This document shows, piece by piece, positions 1 through 12,943 of a DNA stretch of 64,000 bases. This stretch comes from Octopus sinensis (taxonomy: Eukaryota). Location: the NCBI RefSeq assembly GCF_006345805.1, contig NC_043015.1, forward strand, positions 13,888,001-13,952,000, read 5' to 3'. Positions within the stretch are counted from its first letter, which is position 1, and the number at the start of each line of letters is the position of its first letter. Under the pieces are notes generated by a model. That model was given only the letters and a program-made list of their open reading frames with translations, made no database searches and was not told the origin of the DNA. Both the position numbers and the translations under genes were made by a program.

Positions 1-1146
1 CTCTGTAGAAGCATACCTCTATTTATCTTATTAACAGTCATTTATTAAGACTAGCAACTCAGACAAAAGAATAGAAATAGCCTTCTGATATCCCCTTGAT
101 TTTTCAGCCTTCTGATATCACCTTTATTCCTTTCCCACACCATTCCTTTCATGTTTTCTATTCATGATTTGTTCTAACATTATAAGCAAATAGATTCCCA
201 AATTACTTGTTGGTAGTTGTAATGTTCTCTATATCTTGGTTTATATCTCAATATATTGGTTTCAAATTTTAGCACAAGGCCAGCAAATTCGGGAGAGGTG
301 GAGTAAGTCAATTACACTGACCCCCCCCCACACACACCCTCACCGAGTTCAACTGGTACATATTTTATCAACCCTGAATGTTGAAAGGCAAAGTTGATCT
401 TATGTCTGAACATAAAGACATGAAATGCTGCTAAGCATGTTGCCCATCATGTTGACGATTCTGCCAGCTTGCTGCTTTATATATTCTGAATATGTTAAGG
501 GCTTTATGGACAGTGATTTACCAGAGATAGTAGCATATTGGACCTTACAACATTTGATACTGTTCCTTTATGTTCTGTGTTTTGCTGGAATTGATAAAAT
601 AAACACCATTAATAAACTAGATAATAAACCAAAGCCTTGTGAGTAAATGTGGCAGACGGAAACTGAAAGAAGCACATTGTGTGTGTGTGTGTGTGTTTAT
701 GTGTGTGCAGGGGCAGCTGTGCCACCATGTCTTTACATCACATTAGTTGTACATTATTGTCACTGTCATACAAGCAGTGTTCTTCATCTGCAATCTGTGA
801 AAACATGTCTGACTATGGGGGTGGGGGGAATATTACCTTGCTTGGAAACAGGTATGGGTTGGTGGCAGGAAGGGTATCTGGCTCTAGGAAATCTGCTTCA
901 ACAAATTTATCCACTTTATGCAAGTATCAAAAAATGACTACATCTGTCCCTTATAAAATTATTACAATTCATAACTAATCAGTTGTTGCTTTGCTTTACA
1001 TTTTGGTTCAAATTCTATCACCCAACAAGTGATAATAGAAGTACCAGTAAGTGGTACACTAGATGTGATTACTACTATTTGTACCCACAAACTAGACATT
1101 TTCTACTAAAATTCTATTCATCATCATCGTCATTATTATTATAAAG

Positions 1147-1176
1147 GAAGTGGAGGTCATATCCATTGACCTTATG
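1147..1176 (+). CDS. Candidate 30-nt micro-exon of unidentified gene A (xKWRSYPLTL-W)
   Basis: tataaag|G acceptor and ATG|gtaagt donor. Its phase (1+27+2 nt) joins in frame to exon 1357, giving KWRSYPLTLWMKKDYY. The acceptor is pyrimidine-poor. Confidence 0.55.
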
Positions 1177-1356
1177 GTAAGTCCCTCAAGTGATGAAGTG
1201 TCAGCTTAAAAGCATAATGGACTTAAGTTAAATACTCAAATTTTCTCCATAAAAAATCTACCTTGTAGACATATAAGAACTTTTTATTGTTTTTCTCAGA
1301 ATTGTGCTCATATTTTAATAAATATTACTAAAAATATATTTTATTCTTGGTTTCAG

Positions 1357-1465
1357 GATGAAGAAAGACTATTATGAGGTTCTTATCAAGCAACTTATCC
1401 AAGATGCCAAACTTTTAAATCACAGCCACCCTCCTTGTTCAGAAGACTTTGTTCCTAATACCAAG
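1357..1465 (+). CDS. Exon of unidentified gene A (MKKDYYEVLIKQLIQDAKLLNHSHPPCSEDFVPNTK)
   Basis: ttattcttggtttcag acceptor, AAG|gtaaat donor, open frame, phase-compatible with the next exon. Confidence 0.85.
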
Positions 1466-1605
1466 GTAAATGTTATTTTAAGCATAAACATCTTTGTTGG
1501 ATTTTAAAAAAAATTTTATTTGTGATAATTGATTTTAGTAATAACAAAATTTAAAAGAAAGGCTGCCTTACTGTGCAATTATCACATTACAGACATGTAC
1601 ATTTA

Positions 1606-3200
1606 TGAGGGTAGGCTGAAAAGTTTATAGGCTGACTATGAAAGAGTGATAGTAGAGCTGTGAAATCTGGCATGCCTAAATTTCTCCCCTTCTTATTGAT
1701 AACTGCATTGTTTCTCTCCAGGTTAACTGACAGCTGACTATTTAAAGAAGACTTCAAAAGTATTGGGTCATCCCATAAATAATGCAGTTTTTTTTATACT
1801 TCTTTTATTTTTCAAAATTAAGATAAAGTTCTATTTTAATCTAAAATATACTCTCCTTCATTTTCTACAATGTTCTTCCATCTATCTGGTAGACTTTCCA
1901 GGCCCCTCTTCCAAAATTCACTTGTCTGTGATGAAAAATACTCCTCCAGTACTATTCTGGCCCCATCTAAAGAATTCATATTCATTCCATCCGAATGATT
2001 TTGAAGACTGTGGAATAAATGATAATCAGGTGGGGTAATGTCTGGTGAATATGGTGGGTGGGGCATCATTTCCCATTCAAACTGCTCCAGCCTTTGGAAT
2101 GTTATCCTTGCTGTATGTGGCCGAGCATTATCCTGATGGAAGAACACCTTTTGTCTTGAAACCAAAGATGGTCATTTTTCTTCTACCGCAAGTTTCGATG
2201 AAAGGTTAAATGACCAAATCCAAACTTCTCTACTAGTTCCTCAACAATTATGATGGGATTTTGTTCCACTATGATCTCCAGGACAACTCTCGTCTTCTAG
2301 GCTGTAGTTTCTGGCTCAGAATTTCTGGAACCACCATTGACACTGGCTTATGCTTATTGTCATATATTGCATTAATATTCCTCGCAGTTTCCCTTGCATT
2401 GTTGCCTTTATTGACTTCATAGACAAAAAATATGCTGAATATGCTCCTTTGTCACTTCCATTATAGCTTTGAAAAAATAACTGTTAAAATCAAACTGCTC
2501 TCTTCAAAACTTGCACTAAGAATAAGGACAAGGTAAAATTACTACCTGCTTTGATAGCAAGTTAATGCAGGTAGTTTATCCTGTTGCCTCTGACTTTTAG
2601 TTCATGCAATTGAAAAAAACCACATTATTTATGGGATGACCCAATAACTAGTAGCAACTTCTCTTCAAAATGGACAAAATTTGGCATCTTAATGTTATCA
2701 AGTAACTGCAGAAAAAGGGTTTAGCCCCCAAGGACAGTTATGCTGATATGGCGCTCCAGCTTTATCAACTGTGCAAAAGTGGGCATCTGAATTTAGGAAG
2801 GGAACAGAGAGCCTTGAAGATGACCCAAGGTCTAGATGTCCAGGAGAACATTGATCTTGTTCACTACATGGTGATGGATGACATGTGATTGACTATAAAT
2901 CAAGTAGCCATTGCTCTTAGCATATCCCACAAGAGAGTTGAGAATATTCTGCACAATGAACTTAGCATGATAGAGGGTTCTGCTTGGTGAGTGCTGCTTC
3001 TTCTGACACCTGATCGAAAGTACATCAGGCTGATCATATCATGAGAAAATCTGGCAAACTCTGCTGGTTTCTTTGAATGTTTCTTAAACCCAAACAAGTA
3101 TTGGCTTCATCACTTTGAGCCAGAGACAATCCATACAGTGGAAAAGAAGGCCAAGATTGTTTCATCTGCAGGGAAGATGATGGCTTCAGTTTTTTGGGGA
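1606..3200 (+). mobile_element. Decayed mariner (irritans/Himar1-like), interrupted by a second mariner
   Basis: TA|tgagggtaggctgaaaagtttataggctgac terminus. After 2646 it reads MDKIWHL..IK*LQKKGLAPKD..ALSTVQKWASEFRKGTESLEDDPRSRCP. The right end was not seen. Confidence 0.7.
1763..2644 (-). mobile_element. Internally deleted mariner (DD34D) nested in the mariner above
   Basis: 22-bp identical TIRs ttgggtcatcccataaataatg and TA duplication (1761-62, 2645-46). ORF 1836-2165 contains HQDNARPH and HPPYSPDITPPDYHLF. Confidence 0.92.
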
Positions 3201-3459
3201 TGCAAAAGGGTCACACAATTAATGTGCTGTATTTCTGTTTCTCATTTATTGTATCTATCTTATTTACATAGACAAAGGAAAATTTACAATAAGCATTTAG
3301 ATCTCTAAGGTAGCTATTATTGGGAAAGTTTGCAACATACACAAGCACACACAGATTGATTATGTGAACATGCACACACACAAATGTATTTGTAATTAGT
3401 GACTTTTATTATTTGTAGCCTTTATGTTTAAAATATTTTTCTTGTTGCTCCATTTTTAG

Positions 3460-3531
3460 GATGAAATCTATGTGATGTACATAAATATGACTTCAGATAA
3501 AGACTACACAACGTGGAAACATCTAGCTAAA
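3460..3531 (+). CDS. Exon of gene A (DEIYVMYINMTSDKDYTTWKHLAK)
   Basis: ctccatttttag acceptor, AAA|gtgagt donor, 72 nt, phase 0-0. Confidence 0.88.
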
Positions 3532-3973
3532 GTGAGTGAATGTATATTTCAGTGGTTAATTAAAGGTGTTTTATGGTCTGACACATATGTGATATTTTGT
3601 GTTTGAAAAGTTGTTTTTGTTTGTTTTTTTTTTCTTTTTGTACTTTGTCTTAGTTGATAAATGAGTTCTTCATTATAGATTGGGTCAAGGATGTGAATAT
3701 TTCTTCTGTGAATCATTGTTTAACAGATGTGAAATGCTTTTTATGTTGGAGTTGCGACATTATCACATGTCTCCACTGCTTGCTTTGAGAATATGTCTGG
3801 CCTGAGATTGAACATATCATACAGCATTCTCTTAAATGGTTCTCATTTTGTCAACATTTAATGGAACAAGGCATTTTCATCTATACATAATTCAATCTAT
3901 GTTGGTTACCAGCTATAAAAAATTTGAATTTTAGTTTTATCTTATTTTTCTTCTTTTTTCCTCTTTTTAACAG

Positions 3974-4015
3974 TGTTTCCACCTTTGGGATTTGGATGTC
4001 AGAGGATTTCATAAG
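3974..4015 (+). CDS. Exon of gene A (CFHLWDLDVRGFHK)
   Basis: Long polypyrimidine tract + aacag, AAG|gtgaga donor, 42 nt, phase 0-0. Confidence 0.88.
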
Positions 4016-5255
4016 GTGAGAATACATCTTCATGTCAATGTCTTACAATTAAACTTTAGCTTGTTTAGGCACATCATGTTGTTGTATGAATTTTCTCCCC
4101 TGTAGCTACAGGTACATTCTGTTACATTGAGAGGGGAGGAAACTTGTGTAGCAACATGATGCACCTACGGTTTGCTAAAGGTTAATAATTAACTGATATC
4201 TACTATGATCCATTTAAAATAGTGTTTTTAATTTCCTCTAATCAGTCTCCTTACTTCTGGAATTACATATTTTGAATCCTGTCAAAAAAGAATTAAATAT
4301 TTCATCATTTCTTAATGTCCACTTTGCCATGCTTGCACGGGACTGACAGTCTGTTTCTACAACAGGATGCCCTTCTTGTCACTTACCCTCAACTGTTCCA
4401 AACAAGGTTATATTTACCCATAGCTAGACATGATTTTCTTGAAAGACTGAAAACAAGCATCACCACTTGTGTGATAGTGATACTTTTTTTTACAGTTATC
4501 ACATGATGTCAAGACAAGGGTACACCCAAAAACACACACACACACACACACAACCGGCTTCTTTCTGTTTCCATCTAACAAATCCTCTTAGAAAGGTTTT
4601 GTCAGCCCAGGGCTATAGTTGAAGATACTTACCCGAGGTGCAATTGGGAGTGCAGTGAGACTGAACCCAAGATCACATGGTTGAGGAGCAAGCTTCTTAG
4701 CCACACAGTTGCACTGTGCTCCAGTGTTTGTTTTGGTTTTACAGCTGGATGCTCTTCCTAAAGCCAACCATTTTATTGCATGCAGTGGATGCTTTTTTCA
4801 TATCACCAGCACTAGTTAGGTGACCATGCAGCTTGCAGGTCTACAAACTCCTAGAGGATAGCTTTATTCTGCTTTATTCTGGGAGCAGTGGGTGGGTAGA
4901 TTATATAAGAGAAGGGGCCAGAGCTATAGAGGACCTACATGACTACTTACATTTTTAGAAGATAGGACATGGGTAATTGAGTGGAGCTGGAAAGGGATAA
5001 AAAGACAATGGTGTTGAGATGTCAAAGTGGACCTTCAAAGTAGTTGTGATTGGGACAAAGGGATCAGGAATTTGGTGGGATTATACATGTGAAAACATTA
5101 ACGCGTAAATATTTCTTCTCTGTGATGTAAAAAGACTGTAGTGGAAAGTCAACTAATTATTAGTACATATAATAATTGAAATGGAACTAAAAATAATAAT
5201 CAGTGCGTATTGCAGTTTTGAAATGTTTGCTAAAACTATGCCATTACTTTTTCAG

Positions 5256-5323
5256 AGTATGTGGAGGCTGTTCTTGAAGACGAACCATTTAATCATCATT
5301 GGGTCACCAGCATCCCCTTACTC
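5256..5323 (+). CDS. Exon of gene A (SMWRLFLKTNHLIIIGSPASPY-S)
   Basis: cttttttcag acceptor, CTC|gtaagt donor, phase 0-2. The spliced frame differs from the ORF-track frame at 5261. Confidence 0.85.
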
Positions 5324-6425
5324 GTAAGTATGATTTCTATAACTTCCCTTCCTCTCATCAGAAATGTTTTATTCATAGGCATAGGCACAGCTGTGTGGGA
5401 AGAAGCTTGCTTCCCAACCGTATCGATGGATCCAGATTCAGTTGCACAGTGTGGCACCTCAGGTCGATTAAAGCTTTGTGACTTGTGAGTAGATTTGCTA
5501 GACAGAAACTGAAAGAAGCCCATCCTCTGTGTGTGTGTGTGTGTTTATTTGTCCCTCCCACCCCATCACCACTTGACAACCAGTGTTGGTGTGTTTTCGT
5601 CCCTTTAACTTGGCTGTTCAGCAAAAAGAGAGCAATAGAATAAGCACCAGGCTTAACAAAAAATAAGTACTGGTGTCGATTCATTTAACTAGAAATTCTT
5701 CAAGTCACTTCCGCAGCATGGCCACAGTCTAATGACTGAAACAAGTGAAAGATAAAAAATTTACTCTAGTCATCACCATCACCATATGTCCACTTTTCCA
5801 TGCTTGCATGGATCAGGCAGAACCTGTCAAAACAGATTTTATCTTGCCAGAATCCTTTTATGTCCCCAACCCCCACCTGTTTCCAAGTAAGGTAATATTT
5901 CCCCATGGAAATATTTCCCAGACACATTCTTCATGGAAGACTGGAATCAAATAACATTACTTGTATGACAGGACCACTCCATCTCTCATCCTCACATTCA
6001 ATTCAGTGCCTCCACCATCATTTTAATTCCTGTATCTGCACCACCACCACAACTACCATCATCATCACTCACACCACCATCTTTTTACTGCTCTTCTACC
6101 TTCATATTGTAGCACATTTTCCATCTCTCACCATCATCACATTCACTGCTAATCCCGTTCCATATCATCCCATTCTTCTGTTGCCAACCATTATCCTCAA
6201 CATTTTAGTCTTCTGCTATTATCATCATCATCTTCACTTCACTCCAGTGTTGTTCTATCCTCAAAACACCATTCAGTAAAGTCTTGGAATTGTGCTGCAA
6301 GGCAGAGATGTTGTTACCACTATTCCTTCCACTGTTAATGTTGTTGCTTATATATCTGTAGATTCTCTCTACTCCACTCCTCATTCCCACATATATACTT
6401 ATTACACACACACACACATATATGT

Positions 6426-6730
6426 GGAGGCGCAATGGCCTAGTGGTTAGGGCAGCGGACTCGCGGTCGTAGGATTGCGGTTTCGATTCCCAGACCTGGC
6501 GTTGTGTGTGTTTATTGAGCGTAAACACCTAAAAGCTCCACGAGGCTCCGGTAGGGGGTGGTGATCCCTGCTGTACTCTTTCACCACTCTTTCTCCCACT
6601 CTTTCTTCTGTTGGCCTGCTCGCTTAGCCAGCGGGGTGGCATCATTCGAAGGCTAAAACAATGCGAACGCATTGTGACCAGCGATGTGTAACAACATCTG
6701 ATGGTCTGGTCAGTCACGTGATCACGTGAT
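6426..6730 (+). mobile_element. tRNA(Arg)-like-headed SINE (octopod OR type)
   Basis: Head ggcgcaatggcctagtggttagggcagcggactcg...ggtttcgattcc with A/B-box-like motifs, shared with the copy at 38304-38687. Confidence 0.75.
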
Positions 6731-6733
6731 ATA

Positions 6734-7013
6734 TCTCTATATATAAAACTGAAATGCGTTTTTACCGCTTGGATCGCTTTCAATGCCACTACATCCCGTC
6801 CGATTCGCTCCAAAATTTACAGGGACATGTAGAATGAGGTGACGATGCCCGTGGGCTACCTTAGAAATCCCTATCTTGAAAGGTGTGGTTGCTAGGGGCC
6901 ATCTTCCTCACTCACGCTATTTCCTCCTTTCCCTCTCTTACTCCCCTTCATTTATAACTTTGAGAAGTCCACTCCCGTTATTTAATGAATTCCCCTCAAC
7001 TCCCTTTAGCTAG
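6734..7013 (+). mobile_element. Short non-autonomous Helitron-like element
   Basis: A|TC-tctatatataaaa start and CTAG|T end. No clear subterminal hairpin. Confidence 0.45.
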
Positions 7014-7268
7014 TATATATATATATACACATATATGTATGTGTGTGTGTATACATATATATTTTTTTTTTCTCAATATTATCTACCTGATAATGTACTG
7101 GCACCCAGCTGTTGCTGCATCATGTTTATTTATGTAATTATTTATAAAATAATGTTATCTAATGATATGAGAATGAAAACTCAGTAATTTGCAGCTGTTG
7201 CACATGTAATTTGTAATTAAAACCCGTTCTTCTTCTTGTATGAATTTTCGTATGTATGTATGTGTGTG

Positions 7269-7309
<41 letters not shown>

Positions 7310-7497
7310 CTCACACACACTGATCTTCACACACAATGAGCTTCCACACAATTTCTGTCTACCAAAATTCACTCACAAAGCATTGGTTGGCCTGGAACTA
7401 TAGTAGAAGACACTTGCCCAATATTCTGTGCAGTAGGATTGAACTCAAAACCATTTGGTTGCAAAGTAATCTTCTTAACCACAATGTTATGTCTGAA

Positions 7498-7539
<42 letters not shown>

Positions 7540-8728
7540 CACACACAATACAGGTATTTGTCCAACCCATGCCACCATGGAAAACAGATGTTAAATGATG
7601 TTGGTGTATTTATTTTACATTCCCTTTTGTGAGCTATGGTGCTGTTAGCTATGTTTCCAGTGAGCCAATCACTGGTTCACTGCAGCAACAGATGTTAGAA
7701 TGACATAGGAGCAACTTACCTAGCTTTTCAGATAGCTGCTGACATCTTTTGTTTATGTGTAAGCAAAAGATATGCACATACTTCATTATTGTTTGTATAT
7801 TTACTTTTACCATGCTGGCAAGGGCTGGACAAGACTTATTGAGGCAGCATTCTATAGCCTGATGTCCATCCTGTCTCCAACCTATATGTCTGTTTTGAGT
7901 AAGGTTTTTTTTTTTCATTCCATTGATATTCCTGCTTTGAAACTGCTGGGCTACAGAATGTATTGCATAAAAGAGACATAAACATCACCATGCATGCGCT
8001 AGGCTTCTGTATAATTTCTATCTACCAAATTCTACTTGCAAATTATTTGTTAAACCAATGTCAAGGTAGATGTTTACCCAAGGTGCTATGCAGTGGGATT
8101 GATCCTGGAACCACTGGGTTGTTAATCCAGCTTCTTACCACATACCTGTTACCATAGCTGAGCTAATGAGGTGTTTCACTGCTAGTCAAACTGCCCACAG
8201 TGTTATGTTTGTGGCAGAGATAACTCTTAGAAGGCCCAATCTACCTACCTGTAAATATATACCATGTGGTTATGTTATTCTCCCATGTAAGTGTCAGCAA
8301 CCTGCAGTGCATCTTCTGAATATTTCCTGGCAAAGTATGCACTCTGTTAAGCTAATTTAGTGATTCTCAATTAGTTTTTCCCTATCAACCTCTTTGATTC
8401 CTATTTTACTCAGATCAACCCTCAGAGCCATTCAATGTTTAAAAAAATTATTAGGAATTATATAAAATAAGAGTTAAAATACTTTGTGTATTATAGAAGT
8501 ATAACCGATTCATTGCACATAAATCTTAACAACAAAATCTTATATGGACTCCCAAGTATCATATGGACCTCAATTGAGAACCATTGCATTTGATACACAA
8601 TGTGACAGCAAAATCTTCATATATTGATCCTCCCACTTGTTATTACTTCATTCCAATCATGTCCTAAACCCCAAGTATAACTTGTATCACTTGCATGTTA
8701 TCTTATTTTACCTTATATTTCTTTCCAG

Positions 8729-8801
8729 GGAATATATGCCTGCCAACGTCCTGCCTATCTATTTGAATGACAGTGTTCCATTTCGGAAAGACGGACAGTG
8801 A
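8729..8801 (+). CDS. Terminal coding exon of gene A (EYMPANVLPIYLNDSVPFRKDGQ*)
   Basis: tatttctttccag acceptor. The first G completes TC from the previous exon (TCG, Ser). Stop TGA at 8799-8801. Confidence 0.82.
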
Positions 8802-11300
8802 TGTTTTTTTTTTTTTTGTTGGGGGGTTTTTTTTGTTTATTTTGGTGCAACACTTACTTCCATTTTTTTGTTTAAATTTTTCCTGTTAAGGGATTTTCCC
8901 TTTTTTTATTTAAATTTTTATTTTCTTGGTCATTCACCGCAAGCTAAATCAGGGAAAATGGCTAACAACGGTCAATGAATATATTGCTGTTAGCCAAATA
9001 GAAGAATATATACCAGCTGCCTACCAGCCATGATGTCGTGACTGAAGACACTCTTTGTCTTTCCATAAACTTTTTATCATCCTCCACTAACTGTGGCAAC
9101 TATTTTGTAATGAAACTGTCAAAAGTTACTCATTGCCTTTGTCAAAATCTCTCTCCACAAGTCTCTAAAGAGAATTTGGCAACAGCTGGTGCACCAGCAA
9201 TAAATGTGTTTCTTTTTGACTGAACTTGCTGTAAACTCGAACTTGTATATCAGAACATTATATAGACAGATGCTTATTTTTCTACACTTTCAAACACAAT
9301 TCTTGTTCAAAATTGTCTTTATTTTATTCAAACTTCAGAACCATTTCTAAAATAAAGAAAAGAAAACAAAAAAATTTGATATTTCACTCAAAAATATTAA
9401 ACATATTTTCATATTCTTCATTTTGCTTATATTTTGGTTTTTAATTTCTTTTTAGAATTATATTTCTAACCAAAGCATTCCATTCAGAGGTTATTAGGTT
9501 TTATGCCATCTTGATTTTTTATTTTTTTGTAGCTTCATATACAATCTTTTGTTTATCCAAACCAACAATATTTGTTTATTAAGCTTTTTGGCTACTTTTA
9601 TCTTTTGACAACTTAACTTGTTCTGTTCTGTTCTGTTATATTCAGATCCAAGTGAATTGTTGCTTATAGGATTCTTTTAGAGTCTTAAACTTATGGTAAT
9701 CTGTTGATGTCAGATCCGTCCTGTGCTTATTCTAGCCATGTGATTTAATTTATCTAATCATACTATTAGACAGTAGCAGTGAAGAGTAAGCTTCAACATA
9801 AAGTTCTTATTATTGCTGTGTTAGGTTTAATTTTGAAGCAATGCTTTGTTTTATAAACAGAGTTGCTGTATTCCTTTGGAAATATACTGCTATAAATAGC
9901 AGATTATTCTGGACGTATTTTTAGAGTTTTTCCTTCAGTTCAGTACAGAGAAGGTACACTGTATTTTCTATGATTTTTAAAGTTGCAGTTAAATGAGTTT
10001 CAATTAAAATATTTTGTTATTGAGTCTGTTGATAAATGTTTATTTTAATCAAGATTGTAAGAAAAATGACTAAAAACATTTCTTAAGATAGATTAACTTA
10101 AAGCTTTTTTTTATCTTTATCTTCCCACTAAGATATAAGTGAGGATGGATGTTTTCTTCTCTGAACAAAATAAGCAGCTGCTTATTTTAGGTGGAAACCA
10201 TCTAAATGTAGTATCTCCGGAAATGTTTGGTTTAAGCAAGTTATGTTATTGCAGAAGATCAGAGTTGTATGTTTGTTATCTTAACTGAGGTCTTTTACAT
10301 TTTGGTGGTTAACAGAAGATCAAGAAGAGAACAGTAACAGGGCAAAGACTGTTTAAAAAAAGCAGGTTAACATGGATGAACTTGTAGTTTATGCTTCATG
10401 TGTTGGAGTTGTCATTCCTGGATCTGATATATGCCTTAGATTCTTGGACGTTATAGATTTATTATTTATTTTAGGGGTAGAATTTAGATCAAATGAACAT
10501 TTAAAGAAGGATATGGGAACAATAATGGTTTAAAATTTATAACAACAAAATCTATGTCAACATACAAAAAGTACTTATTTTTTACTTCGACACATTGAAG
10601 TTCCTTACTGATATAGTTGGTCTTTACATCTGTTATATAATCTTGTGTTAGATATTGTTGATGATGAAACGATCTTAAGCCTTATCCCTTTGTTTATCAT
10701 ATCTTTGTTGTTCTTGTTCATTCTATTTCCTCTCATCTAAATCTGAAGACGTTAAGTTGCCAAAAGTCTAAGTTGTTTAAATTTAGTCATAATCATAATC
10801 ATCGTCATCATCTTCATTGTTATCATCATCATTACCACCTCCACCACAATTCTAGTGATAGCTGGAGAAATACTGGATTTGTGGATTTTGATTCATAAGT
10901 TCATATTCTACTGTTAGCACTCTGATGTGTCCCTTTAGAAGCCACCTTGAATTTTACAATGACATGACCCCTAATTAAACAAATTATTATTAATTACACA
11001 CACACAAAAAAAGTAGCCACAATATCTTGCTTTAATTTTTTTTATTTTCTTTTGCTATTATTTGCCATTTGTTTATTATGTTATCTGCCATTCTTGCTTT
11101 TTTTTTTCTTTTGAAATATACAATATCAAGAATAAAAGAAACACATGATAAAGAAACTATTTTTCTAAACCCTTCAATTTTTTTTATTCATGAATGAAAT
11201 TCATTGATTGAACATGTCTTGTTTTCTGTGTTTGTAAGTTCTTCTGTTGTCTGGTCTCAACTTCTGTTGATTGTAGATTTGTTGTTGTTGACTCTTGTTA
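8802..11300 (+). other. Probable long 3' UTR of gene A
   Basis: U-rich, SINE-free stretch after the stop codon with AATAAA at about 9197, 9351 and 11131. The true end is unknown. Confidence 0.4.
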
Positions 11301-11545
11301 TTTTGCTGTTGGTTAAATTGAATCAGCTCTTCTTAAGCTGACCTATGGCATAGCCATATGAGATCAACTGAAGCATTTGGTTACTATTTGCAGCTGTGCT
11401 CATCCTAATTTTATTGTAACCATGTTGTCCTAATATTTAGGACTTAAACCATATTTTATCAACATCTGGAAGTTTATTGGATTAAACAATGAAAATGTTG
11501 ATCAATTACATAGAATTTCAGTTATTAGTTCATCCTGTTACACTA

Positions 11546-11743
11546 GATCGTGTGTTGCAAATTGCATGATCCCAGCTAAGTGGAGAAATTAGAATAGCTG
11601 CATCACTTATTTAGAGATAGAAGTTAAATGGTTGCAGCCAATGGTGTTCTCTCAAACAAGACACTGATCTTGGGTGGAGTGTCACAGGGATCTGTCTTGG
11701 AGACTTGGTTGTTTGTGAAGGCTCTATAAGATATGCACTCAGT
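11546..11743 (+). repeat. 198-bp segment, copy 1 of an inverted pair
   Basis: 197/198 identical to the reverse complement of 16666-16863. Contains GVSQGSVLE (11676-11702), resembling the LINE RT motif GVPQGSVLG. Confidence 0.95.
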
Positions 11744-11857
11744 GGTAACAGCAGGAGTATACAAGTTTGAGAGTAAACATTGGATTAACAAAGCTTGATT
11801 GTTCAGCCAATGTAGTTATGTTTATGTATGAGTGAATATATATATATATATATATAT

Positions 11858-12258
11858 AGGCGCAGGAGTGGCTGTGTGGTAAGTAGCTTGCTAACCAACT
11901 ACATGGTTCCGGGTTCAGTCCCACTGCGTGGCATCTTGGGCAAGTGTCTTCTGCTATAGCCCCGGGCCGACCAATGCCTTGTGAGTGGATTTGGTAGACG
12001 GAAACTGAAAGAAGCCCGTCGTATATATGTATATATATATATATATGTATGTGTTTGTGTGTCTGTGTTTGTCCCCCTAGCATTGCTTGACAACCGATGC
12101 TGGTGTGTTTACGTCCCCGTCACTTAGCGGTTCGGCAAAAGAGACCGATAGAATAAGTACTGGGTTTACAAAAGAATAAGTCCCGGGGTCGAGTTGCTCG
12201 ATTAAAGGTGGTGCTCCAGCATGGCCACAGTCAAATGACTGAAACAAGTAAAAGAGTA
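11858..12258 (+). mobile_element. Full-length tRNA-derived SINE (octopod OK/OR-type, family 1)
   Basis: aggcgcaggagtggctgtgtggtaag head, cttgggcaagtgtc core, internal microsatellite, aaatgactgaaacaagtaaaagag tail; many copies in the window. Confidence 0.9.
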
Positions 12259-12271
12259 TATATACACACAC

Positions 12272-12943
12272 GAGCTTTCTGTCTGACGTTGTACTCGTCG
12301 GACTTTCTATTTCAAGGTATTTCTCGTTTAGTAATGACGTGAGGATCTTGTCAATCTCTTGCACCAGTGTTGAAAATGTAGGCCGGTCTTCCGACTTTTG
12401 TGTCCAGCAATTTTGCATTATACTATACATTTCATCTGAAGAATATGGTGGCTGTTCCATTCTGTGGCCGTCTCGCAGCAACTTGAACAGCTCTTCTACT
12501 GGGATTGAGGGATAAGGATTGCCTCCTAATGTGAATATTTCCCACTGAAGGATTCCATAAGACCACACATCACTTTTTGTGGTATATTTTTTGTCAAATA
12601 AAGCTTCTGGCGCCATCCATTTCACTGGCAACTGACCATTTGTAGTTTTCTTGTAATAATCAATATTTTGAAGATGCCATGTCAATCCAAAATCTGCAAT
12701 CTTTAATACATAATTTTCTGCTACTAATGCATTATGTGCAGCAAGATCTCTGTGAATACAATTTTTTTATACTAAATATTCCATTCCTCTTGCTACTTGA
12801 TAGGAGAATGAAATGAGGTCTTTCTGAGTGAGAGATCTGGAAGCTACGGGTCGTTCGTAGGTATCTCCTCACCCTACAGGAGGTCGATGGTCACATAGAA
12901 AATCTCTAAGGTTACCATGGGGAGCATAAACAACAATAACCAT
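12272..12943 (-). pseudogene. FGFR: Processed (intronless) FGF receptor kinase-domain pseudogene fragment
   Basis: Continuous frame [117 protein letters not shown]. In-frame stops at 12869-71 and 12767-69. No introns. Confidence 0.92.

Noticed and set aside
6426-6500. tRNA-Arg gene (also SINE heads at 11858, 26032, 38687, 56524)
   Set aside because: Only the A/B-box region is tRNA-like and it continues into SINE body; no complete cloverleaf
12077-12685. 202-aa ORF as a functional FGFR gene
   Set aside because: Starts at a TTG inside the kinase domain, has upstream in-frame stops and catalytic-loop R-to-H, and its C-terminus runs into a SINE
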